64,000 nt of DNA from Squalus acanthias. Taxonomy: Eukaryota. This document shows, piece after piece, positions 25,001 through 37,000 of this stretch. The stretch's first letter is position 1; each line of letters opens with the position of its first letter. The notes below the pieces were generated by a model. That model had not been told where the DNA came from. It ran no database searches and was given only the letters and a program-made list of their open reading frames with translations. Both the position numbers and the translations under genes were made by a program. Location: the NCBI GenBank assembly GCA_030390025.1, contig CM059426.1, forward strand, positions 164,486,001 through 164,550,000, read 5' to 3'.

Positions 25001-28000
25001 AAAATAAATTAGGATTTTTTTTTTTTTTTTTTAAAGTTGGTAAAAATCCTATACTTCATTCAAAGTAGAGTCACAAGTAGTAGAACCTTACAGGTTTGAG
25101 CTTCCACCAGCACTGCCCATCCTGGCAGAGAAAACTTTGCTGATCATCAGCTGAGGGGGAGAGCTAGAGAGAAAAAAAAAGTGTACAATACTTCAGTCAC
25201 TGCAATAAGTCAATGGCTACATTAGTGGTCTGCTAGAAATTCACACCAAAAACAATCTTTGATGTTGAACTTAAAAAAACTTTACAACTCCATAATTTGT
25301 ATTTTACCCAAGAATCTCCAACAATCAATATATTAAGTCAAATCATCAGAAATGTTCACACTGATGTAACTGATGAACCTACCATCTCCATTAATTTGCA
25401 GTATTCTATCAAAATATGGTACTTCATTTCCAGCAAGCACTGTTTTATAACAGAGGGTATTTTCTATGGAATTGTAATTTCCCATGGAGAGCACAAAAAA
25501 TCTAGAATGTGACTACCACTCAAGTTAATTTAAAAACTATGCCCCAGAGTGTATCATAATGAACTGCAATGTGAACACAAGAGCATGAAGCGAAATTTAG
25601 TGAAATGGCCATTTTAATATCTCAAAAACTAAATGAATCTTAATTGACTGATTAAGCTGCTCCATTATTGTAAATGCAGCGCAACAGAATTCGGCAGCCT
25701 TTCAGATATATCTCTTACCGTATGTGATGTATTTTCAATGTAGAGCCTTTGTAACTCATTGCAACAGAGCCAAACATCATTTCTCCGAGCATGTTGACAT
25801 CAGAACCAGGCCGAGAATACTGCAAACAAGAGCCCCCATGGACAATACGGTACATCATTCATGCAGGTCAACAAATGTAGCAGAAACTGGTTTCCAGTAG
25901 TAATGTTTTTATACCTCATTAGTACAGGTGGAACCTATAACCCAGGAGTGAAGAACCCTGCTTTGGTGTTCAAATGGATTCCTGTTCACACTTGATTATA
26001 TTTACAGCCTGAATTAGAGGGCCAAATTTCAATAGGTGGCCATATCCTATGGAAAACTAGGCACTAAAATCAAGCTAAAACCATGTTCATTTATATTTCA
26101 GATAAAACAGATCAAATATAGAGCTTTTATTGGGTAGGGTGTGGGAAAGAAAGAAAAAGTCAAATCCATCCACAAGAACATCTTCAATCGAATCACATTT
26201 AAAATTATTTAAAAAAGGCATAATTATCATGCTGTATGGACAGCAACTTGACCCAATTAGTAATGCAAATAAATGTAAGCATTTACACATATTCATCATT
26301 TGTTTTTGATAGTGGATGTAACCAAGTCAGGTGTTGTTTGCTTAACGAGTGGTTATTCAAAAAGGAAATTAGAAACGTAAAAGCTCAACAAAAAAAACTG
26401 GCTAGTTAAAACAAGAATTTAATGAAAGGTAAATTGGGACAATTTAACTTTTGTACATTTAAGATTAAGAGTTGAAAAAAAATTGCTGTTCTTTTTCTCC
26501 CATTCCCAAAGGCAGCATTTCAAGTAAGTATTTGGGCATTGAAAGCCACACAAATACACTAATCTTTTTTTTAAAAAGGTGTTCTCAGGATGTGGGCGAT
26601 GCTGGCAAGGCCACATTTATTGCCCATCCCTAGTTGCACTGAGGCAGTGGTGGCGGCCTTCTCTTTGAACCACTGCAATCTTTATGGTCATGGTGCTCCC
26701 ACAATGGTGTTGTTAGGTAGGGAATTCCTTGAACCAGCAACAATGAAGGAACGATGGCGATGTGTCCACATGTGCAGTGTGGGGCATGGAGAGGGAATCC
26801 AGTGTAACTTACAATAAAAAGAATGAGTTATTGTAGATCACACCATTCTACGAGAACATTGCTGTAAACTGAGTTTACAGTTAATTTACATGAACATTTA
26901 AAGACCCAAATTAAAGTCACCTCATGGGCTCCAAAGTACAATGGTTATGGCACACCATAACAAGGCTTCTTCACTCCAGTAGGCAATGCTCCTCTACTTC
27001 AGTAAGCCACACCAAATATACTCCATTTGACAACGCAATATCCAGTCTTTAATTTCTACTCAATTTTATGGTCTGTCTACAATAGCAACACTTGCTACGC
27101 AGGTTTATCAGCTTACCTGATACCTTGGCAGTTGCTCCTTTGTGTTTGGAGCACTGGAAGAGGAGGAATTTTGGGTGCAGGTACCATTGCTACCTGTGTG
27201 GCAGCATTTTCCATGCAGTTTGGACAGGTCATCTGAAAATTTCTAGAAAACATGACAATCGTTCAGTTCAGGAATTTTCCTTTCATGCATTTTGTACTGT
27301 TGGTGTGTAATCCATAATTATTCTGATATACACTTCAGTATATTTAACCTTGAAACTTTATGGGAGGCAGAAGAAGGGAATCTTTTAAAAAAGGGAATAA
27401 GCATAGACACTAAGCTAAACTACAAAAAAAGCTTGAATTTTATGTCTGATCTTAATCCTTACAGAACTACAATTGCATTTCTGCGGCAAAATGGCATCAA
27501 TCACCACAACTATACATTTCATAACAAAACATGGAATGAGCGTCAACATTTCAGATGGGTTTGAACGTTTAAACAAAAAAACATTTCTAATCTAGGCCAC
27601 CAGTTTTCACCAACCATTGCAGTGCTCACTTAGGCATGTTGTGATCATCATTCTCCTCTCCGCACTACACTGTCACACTATGGCATGTGCTTCTTGATTT
27701 GAACATAATGTCCACTATTGTGCAGATTAGAGGCAACTTTACTTTGCACTTGGCTACACTAACTGGATCCAAGATATTTGATGCTGGCCAAAGTGGAAAT
27801 CTGTTCTCGTCTTCATTGTTAACATCCTCTTAAGAGCATACAAGTTCACCAAAAATCTCAAATACTACATTAGAAGTTATCCGAAATAGAAAACACAATG
27901 GTGGCGTGAAAGAAATTCCTCCTTGTAAAGAACAATGGTCTTCTAGTTTGCAGTGATGTGGTACAGTCCAAAATGATGTCCCTTCTACACACAGTGCACA

Positions 28001-31000
28001 TTTCCATTTTCCATTTAAAAAGAAATACAATGTCCTACACAGTGTATATATTTTCTGACAGTTTGTAGTATCTACAAGACCAGAGATCAAATCTGAACAT
28101 GTTCCACTCCTGTTACCCTTCCCTCCCACTCCTAGAGGCAAGTTTTCCAGTCTCTGACTGCTATGAAGGAAGGAGGGAAATTTAACTGGGAAGTTACCTC
28201 CTGTCTCAAGACATCCAGTGAGTAACATTCACAGAAAGGCCAGTAGGATGGGCGATTAAAAAGAGAGAAATTAAGCTAAAACATTGACTGGCGGCTACAA
28301 ATGTATGGCGATCACTTGTCGTTACACACATTGGCTGCCCATCAATAGTTTAGAATTTGTTGCAAACTTTTAAAAGTATAATTATAATTAATTCCATCAG
28401 CAAGCTACACCTTACGTAAAGTTAATAGATGATTAATAACTTGAGAGAATGGAGGATGAGATTTACATCCAGCAATGCTTCAATATTAAATTCATAAAAA
28501 TAACTCCTAAAAACATTAGGTTTCATTGCATCAAAATAGAGACAAGTAAATATGCTGACTACTGAATATATCAGGTATTTGTTTCAGAATTAAAAGCAGA
28601 CATCTTTGTTTTCTAAAGATAAGGGTCAAGTTTACCTACTGATCAAGGCCAACCCTTATCAGCATACATGATTTGGCAATGACATTTTGAAGTACAGCTC
28701 GAATCATGGACACGCAAGTTATAGAATCAGAATCTAACAGCACAGAAGGAGGCCATTCAGCCCATCGTGCCTGTGTCGGCTCTTTGAAAAAGCTATCCAA
28801 TTAGTCCCACTCCCCTTGCTCTTTCCCCATAACGCTACACTTTTTTCCTTTTTCAAGTAGCTACCCAATTCCCTTCTGAAAGTTACTATTGAATCTGCTT
28901 CCACCACTCTCATGCAATACATTCCAGATCATAATTGCTGCATAAAACAATTCTCATCTTTCCATTATCTTAAATCTGTGTCCTCTGGCTACCGCCCCTC
29001 CTGCTAGTGGAAACAGTTTATTAACTAGCAAAACGCTTCATAATTTTGAACACCTCCTTTAAATCTACCCTTAACCTTCTCTGCTCCAAGGAGAACAATC
29101 CCAGCTTCTCCAGTTTCCCCACATAACTGAAGTCCCTCATAACCAACATCATTCTGGTAAAATATCCTCCATACCCTCTCCAAGGTCTTGACATCCTTCC
29201 AAAAGTGTGGTGCCCACAATTATTCACAATACTCCAGCTGAAGCCTAACCAGTGATTTATAAAGGTTTAGCATAACTTCCTTGCTTTTGTACTTGTGTCT
29301 CTATTTATAAAGCCAAGGATCCCATACGCTTTAACAGCTTTATCCTGCCACCTTCAAAGATTGATGTATGTGAACCCTAGGTCTCTCTGTTCTTGCACCC
29401 TCTTCAAAATTGTACCATTGTGTTTATATTGCCTCTCTTCATTCTTCCACTTAAATTGCATCACTTCACACGTCTCCACATTAAATTGCATCCACCATGT
29501 GTCTGCCCATTTTACGAGTCGGTCCAAGTCTTCCTGAAGTCCGCTACTATCCTCTTCACTGTTCACTACATTCCAAAGTTTTGTGTCCCATGTCTAGGTT
29601 TTAAATACACATCAAAAAAGGCAGTGGTCCTAATACCAACCCCTGGGAGACACCAATGTATACTTCCCTCCAGTCTGAACAGTTAGCCACTACTCTCTGC
29701 CTCCAAACCAATTTTGTATCCATGCTGCCACTGCCCCTTTAATTCCATGGGCTTCAAGTTGTTGATCTATATATAAAAACACTCAACAGTTAGAAGTATG
29801 TTTTTTTTTAAACTGGGAAGGGGCTTTTAGAGATTCTCAATATGGCTTCTGGAAAAAAGAGCTTCTATCAACCTGGTTACATTTTTTGAGGAAGTTACTA
29901 TGTAGGTGAATCATCTTCTCTTAGGCAGTCCCTCAGAACCGAGGATGACTTGCTTCCACATTAAAAATGAGTTCTTAGGTGACTGATGAATCCAATGCGG
30001 GACCTGCAGTCTCTGTCACAGGTGGGGCAGACGGTGGTTGAGGGGCGGGTGGGGTGCTTGGGTTGACGTGCGCTCATTGCGTTTGGCTTCCACTTGCTCC
30101 CGGCGAAGAGACTCGAGGTGTTCGGCGCCTTCCTGGATGCTTCTCCTCCACTTTGTGCGGTCTTGGGCCAGGGATTCCCAAGAGTCGGTGGGGATGTTGC
30201 ACTTTTTCAAGGAGGCTTTGAGGGTGTCCTTGAAGCGTTTCCTCTGCCCACCTGGGGCTCTCTTGCTGTGTCAGAGCTCCGAGTAGAGCGCTTGTTTTGG
30301 GAGTCTCGTATCGGGCATGCGGACGATGTGACCCGTCCATCGGAGTTGATCGAGCGTGGTCAAAGCTTCGATGCTGGCCTGAGCAAGAACACGGACGTTG
30401 GTGTGCCTATCCTGCCAATGGATTTGCAGGATCTTGCGGAGGCAGCGTTGGTGGTACCTCTCCAGTGCTTTGAGATGCCTGCTGTACATGGTCCATGTCT
30501 CTGAGGCATACAGGAGGACGGGTATTACTACTGCTCTGTAGACCATGAGCTTGGTGCTGGGTTTGCAGTCCTGGTCTTCAAACACACTCTTCCTCAGGCG
30601 ACAGGGGGAGGAACTGATATGCATCTCCCATTCATTGTGAAGGAAATTTTCCAGAGTTTTTTTTTCTAAATTGGCCCACAGTTTATTTTTTTGTCTCTCA
30701 GGAGATTGTGTGGCTGCTGGGTGGGGCAGATGGTGACAGGCCCATCAGTTGTGAGGGAGTAACTGGGATCTATCATGAGGGACAGAGTGACTGAGCATTT
30801 GAAATATGAGCTGATTAAAGAGGGTCAGCATGGATTTGAGACAGGTAGGTCATGTCTCAATAATCTATTTGAATGTTTTGAGGAGATCACCAACGAGGTA
30901 GACAGGGGAGTGTTTATGGATGTTGTCTATTTGGACTTCCAAAAGACATCTGATAATGTTTTGCACAAGAGATTATCAGCAAATATGGGAGTGCATGGTA

Positions 31001-34000
31001 TTCCGATTGGCAGAATGTGACAAGTGGTGTTCCCCAGGGATCATCATATTGACATGGATGAAGGAATGAAGAATTAAGTTGTTTATCCAAGTTTAAAGAT
31101 GACACTAAATTAGGGGAAAACTAGAGGAGCAAAGGGAGTTGGGTGTCCAGGTGCACAAAAAAAAAAATCACTAAAAGTGCACAGGTGCAATAATTGATCA
31201 AAAAGGCTCATGGAATGTTGGCCTTTATCTCAAGGGGTTGGAATACAACAGGGTGGAAGTTATGTTTCTTTTGCACAGAGCCTTGGCCAGACTCCATCAG
31301 GAGTACTGCATTCCGTTTTGGGCACCACACCGCCGGAACGATACATTAGCCTTGGAGTGGGTACAGCACAGAGACACCAGAATTATGCCAGGGTTAAATT
31401 AGAACAGATTGCATAAACTTGGGTTGCATTCCCTTGAGTTTAGGAGGTTGAGGGATGATCTAATTGAGGCTTTTCAAAACGATAAAAGGTTTCAATAGCG
31501 TAGATACAGAGTAGCTATTTCCTCTGGTGGGGAAATCCAGAACAAGGGGGCTGATAAAATCTTAAAATTAAAAGGTAAGCCCTTCAGAGTGAAATCAGGA
31601 AGCACTTTCACAAAAATGTTAGTGGAAATGTGGAATTCTTTCCCCCAAAAAGCTACAGATGTTGGATCATCTTGCACTCCTAGCTGAAGAGAAAAGTGAG
31701 GATGAGGAGAATGACGACAAGGACTGCAGATAGGCACAGAAAGATAAAATCAATTACAGCGATTACAAAATCCCAAATACTGATTGCTAAAAAACCAGAG
31801 CCCAAATTGAAGACCAAGTCCTACCTCCAAAGGAGATACACTTGAAATGAAAATTCTACCATTACTAAACCAGCATGGGAACAACCAGAATCAGCTCATA
31901 CTGCAAATGCACATTACATAAGTCATGTCAAACTAATCTAGTTGAATTTTTGAGGATGTCACTAACAAGCAGAGATCTTAAGATATGGAAATCTAAAAAG
32001 CCTCCGCAAACATTATTCCTGGTAAACGCCAGTCATTTCTCTTCAATTAGTCAAATAATTACATTCAGAAACAACAAAAACACACTGAACACTCCAGACT
32101 GACCTAGTTCTCTTCTCAGATGACTGACAGTAGACCCATCACGAGATACTTTCATTTAATCTAGGCTTCAACATGTGACTGTTCTTCCTAACCAGTTTCT
32201 AGTGACAGCAAAAATACTGAATCTTCACAGTATTGATAAAAAGATTACAATTAGCTGTACAACCATTAGAAATTACATGCAGACAAACCTGCTTAATTGC
32301 AACTGCTTGGGACAACTTTGCAGATTGCAATAAAAATGGGAATTTCGATAAAGCAGGAAACACCAAAAATCAAGCCTGGTCTGGTGCACAGCAACCTTTA
32401 TTTGCCTAAATTTCTTACAGTATCTTAGATCAATTAAAAATGAAAGAAAAATGCTGATGTCTCGTGACTTTTTTTATGTTGGAAAGAATTGCAACTTTTT
32501 TTTTTTAAAGTTTCCTTCCTAGTTTATAAAAATCCAAATATTTCACTATCTTTTGACTTGATGAATCAACGCAAAACCCAGAGTGCAGAATCTAGCTCTC
32601 TAACTTTGGGAATTTCCAGTTCTGGCATTAGCGCGGTTTTCATAATCAGTTGGAAACATTTTTACATTTTTAAAACATAGGTTCTTGCTTTTCCCGATCA
32701 TAAGAGGATTGACAGTTTAGTTAGTGCACAGCAATGCAAGGCGTTCTTTTCTCAACACTTCAGTCCATGCATCAGCAGCGGGTTTGTCACTGTCTGCTTT
32801 ATCACCTTACAGCTTTTTGGAAACAAGATTGTGTCTCACTTTCTAGTACAGGGGTAGCACAAGAATCCATTTAATGCTTCAAAGCTTTCCATGGTGAATT
32901 CTTTGGCAAGCTTAGTAGCTTTAGCTTTCAACAGGCAGCTGTCAAGTGGAACTTTGAGCTCTTGTGATTAAACTACCTAAACAGCGCTTCATCAACATTG
33001 GGCATCTGACTTCCACACTTGCTTTTCCGATGCCAGTTCTCATTTCTCTCTCCCCCCCCCCCGGAGTCCTTCAAGACATTTGCTTTTCTTTCAAAATTCT
33101 AGAAACCAGAGATTCAGAAATGCCATGTTTCTGTGGGACTAGCTTTTGATTCAATTCCACCACACTGTTCAAAATATCCACTTGCTCGCACAACGATAAG
33201 TCACGATACCTTTTGTTGTTGAGCCATTTGGAAAAGTAATTCGACTTCCACTCAATACTAACAAACATTAGAGATGACTGGAAACCAGGTCAAACCGGTC
33301 ATTAGGCACATTGACCAACGAACCCAATCAGAATGAAAGGTGAAAGCCACATGTTCAAAAGTGAAGTCTCTTTAAAGCGGGATTTCTGAGCGCCGCATGT
33401 GCAGAAGCAAGAATTGCAATCAATGAAATTGCATTTTAAACAAACTTTTCACAACAGGAAATATAGGGGCAAAAGAAAAACGACAGAAATGGTTGCGTTG
33501 AAATGGGAATTGTAATTAAGCGAGTTGCAAATGAATGGTTAGGACCGTACTATAGTTTTCATCTCCAAGAACCAATTTTGGTTGCAGTTGACAAGTTGTA
33601 CAGTACTGCAGATGCATTCAAAGAAAATCCTGAGCAGAGAAACCCAAGTGCCAATTTCTTGATTTGTTATAAAGGAGATGGCATAACTAAAATAACATTT
33701 TCTCCATCCAATAATGAAGGGACACAACATGATACCAGTTAACACCCACGTACACATGCAAACTTTCATAATGTAGCATTTTATTGAAATAAAAAATGAA
33801 ACGCCCAAAAATAATTAACAGTCTTCATTTATTTTTTTTACCCTAAATCTGTCTCCTCTGGTTACCAACCCTCCTGCCAGTGGAAACAGTTTCTCCTTCT
33901 GTACTCAAAACCCCTCATAATTTTGAGCACGTCTATTAAATCTAGCCTTAAACTTCTCTGCTCTAAGAATAATCCCAGCTTCTCTAGTCTTGCCACATAA

Positions 34001-37000
34001 CTGAAATCCCGCATACCTGGTATCATTCTAGTAAATATCTCTGCATCTTCTCCAGGGCTTTGACATCCTTGGTGCCCAGAGAATTAGATACAATACTCCA
34101 GCTGAGGCTTGACCAGTGATTTAAAACGGCTTAGCAAAATGCCTATGCTTTTGTACTCTATGCCTCTATTTATAACACTTCAGCAGCCAGGGGCATTCAG
34201 CCTCGGATCTGCGGGTAAGCGTTCTCCAAGGCGGCCTTCGAGATACACGACAGCGCAAAATCATAGAGCAGAAACTGATAGCCAAGTTCCGCACTCATGA
34301 GGATGGCCTCAATCGCGATATCGGGTTCATGTCACGATACAGAACGTGACTTGACATCATGGCCGGTCTTCCCAGGTGTTTTTTTTTTAAAAAGACTAAC
34401 ACAAGAACACAAATTGACAGGATATGCAGCCAGCAGGTGGTTTGACACGTTGGACCCCCTGGGACACATCTCATTGTCTTGGCTGTGCTCTTTGTTGTAG
34501 GAAAAATGTGAATAGATTTTGTCTGTGTTTAAATTGTGAATTCTGGGAGATTGTCTCATTGCTAACTTACCTGACGAAGGAGCGAACTGCTTCGAAAGCT
34601 TGTAAAATTAAATAAATCTGTTGGACTATAACCTGGTGTTGTGCGACTTCTCTATTTATAAAGGCCAGGATCCCATTTGCTTTTTTAACCACCTTATCAA
34701 CTAGACCTGCCACCTTCAAAGATTTGTGTATGTGAACTCTCAGGTCTCTGTTCCTGCACCCACTTTATTATAACATTTAGTTTATATTGCCTCTCCTCAT
34801 TCTTCCTTCCAAAATGCATCACTTCACACTTCTCTATCAGATTTCATTTTTTTTTAAAATTCGGTTATGGGATGTGGGCGTCGCTGGCAAGGCCAGCATT
34901 TATTGCCTATCCCAAATTGCCCTCGAGAAGGTGGTGGTGAGCCACCTACTTGAACCGCTGCAGTCCGTGTGGTGAAGGTACTCCCACAGTGCTGTTGGGG
35001 AGGGAGTTCCAGGATTTTGACCCAGATGTGATGAAGGAATGGCAATATGTTTCCCAGTCAGGATTGTGATGACTTGGAGGTGGTAGTGTTCCCATGTGCC
35101 TGCTGCCCTTGTCCTTCTAGGTGGAAGAGGTCGCTGGTTTGGGAGGTACTGCCGAAGAAGCCTTGGCGAGTTGCTGCAGTGCATCTTGTAGATGGTACAC
35201 ACTGCAGCCACGGTACGGTGGAGGGAGTGAATGTTTAAGGTGGTAGATGGGGTGCCAATCAAGCGGGCTGCTTTGTCATGGATGGTGTCGCGCTTCGAGT
35301 GTTGTTAGAGCTGCACTCATCCAGGCAAGTGGAGAGTATTCCATCACACTCCTTACTTGTGCCTTGTAGATGGTAGAAAGGCTTGAGGGGGGGGGGGGCG
35401 GTCAGGAGGGGAGAAACGTGCTGCAGAATACCTAGCTTCTGACCTGCTCTTGTTGCCACAGTATTTATGTGGCTGGTCCAGTTAAGTTTCTGGTCAATGG
35501 TGATCCCCACAATGTTGATGCTGGGGGATTCGGCGATGGTAATGCCATTGAGTGTCAAGGGGCAGTGGTTAGACTCTCACTTGTTGGAGATAGTCATTGC
35601 CTGGCACTTCTGTGGCGCAAATTTTACCTGCCACTTATCAGCCCAAGCCTGAGCGTCGTCCAGGTCTTGTTCCATGCGGGAATGGGCTGCTTCATTATCC
35701 GAGGAATTGTGAATGGCACTGAACAATGCAGTCATCAGCAAACATCCCCATTTCTGACCTTATGTTGGAGGAAGGTCATTGATGAAGCAGCTGAAGATGG
35801 TTGGGCTTAGGACACTGCCCTGAGGAACTCCTGCAGCGATGTCCTGGGGCTGTGATGATTGACCTTCAACCACCACAACTATCTTCCTTTGTGCTAGGTA
35901 TGACTCCAGCCAGTGGAGAGTTGTCCCCGATTCCCTTTGACTTCAGTTTTACTAGGGTTCTTTCATGCCACACTCGGTTAAATGCTGCCTTGATGTCAAG
36001 AGCAGTCACTCTCACCTCACCTCTGGAATTCAGCTCTTTTGTCCATGTTTGGACCAAGGCTGTAATGAGGTCGGGAGTCGAATGGTCTTGGCGGAACACA
36101 AACTAGGCATCAGCGAGCAGGTTATTGGTGAGTAAATGCCGCTCGATAGCACCTTACATCACTTTGCTGATGATTGAGAGTAGGCTGATGGGGCAGTAAT
36201 TGGCCGGATTGGATTTGTCCTCCTTTTTGTGGGCAGGACATACCTGGGCAGTTTTCCACATTGTCAGATAGATGCCAGTGTTGTAGCTGTACTGGAACAG
36301 CTTGGCTAGAGGCTCGGCTAGTTCTGGAGCACAAGTCTTCAGCATGATAGCCAGGGTGTTGTCGGGGCCCATAGCCTTTGCTGTATCCAGTGCGCTCAGC
36401 TGTTTCTTGATATCACGTGGAGTGAATCGAATTGGCTAAAGACTGGCCTCTGTGATGGTGGGGACCTCAGGAGGGAACTGATATGGATCATCCACTCGGC
36501 ACTTCTGGCTGGAGATGGTTGCAAACACTTCAGCTTATCTTTTGCACTCACGTGCTGGGCTCCACCATCATTGAGGATGGGGATATTCATGGTGCCTCCT
36601 CCTCCCGTTAGCTGTTTAATGGTCCACCACCATTCACGACTGGATGTGGCAGGACTGCAGAGCTTTGATCGGATCCATTGATTGTGGGCTCGCTTAGCCC
36701 TGTCTATAGCATGCTGCTTCTGCTTTTTAGCAAGCATGTAGTCCTGTGTTGCAACTTCCCCAAGTTGGCACCTCATTTTTAGGTACGCCTGGTGCTGCTC
36801 CTGGCATGCTCTTCTACACTCCTTAGTGATCCAGGGTTGGTCCCTTGGCTTGATGGTAATGGTAGAGAGAGGGATATGCCGGGTCATGAGGTTACAGATT
36901 GTGGTGGAATACAATTCTGCTGCCCACAGCACCTCATGGATGCCTAGTTTTGAGCTGCTAGATCGGTTCTGAATCTATCCCATTTACCACAGTGGTCGTG

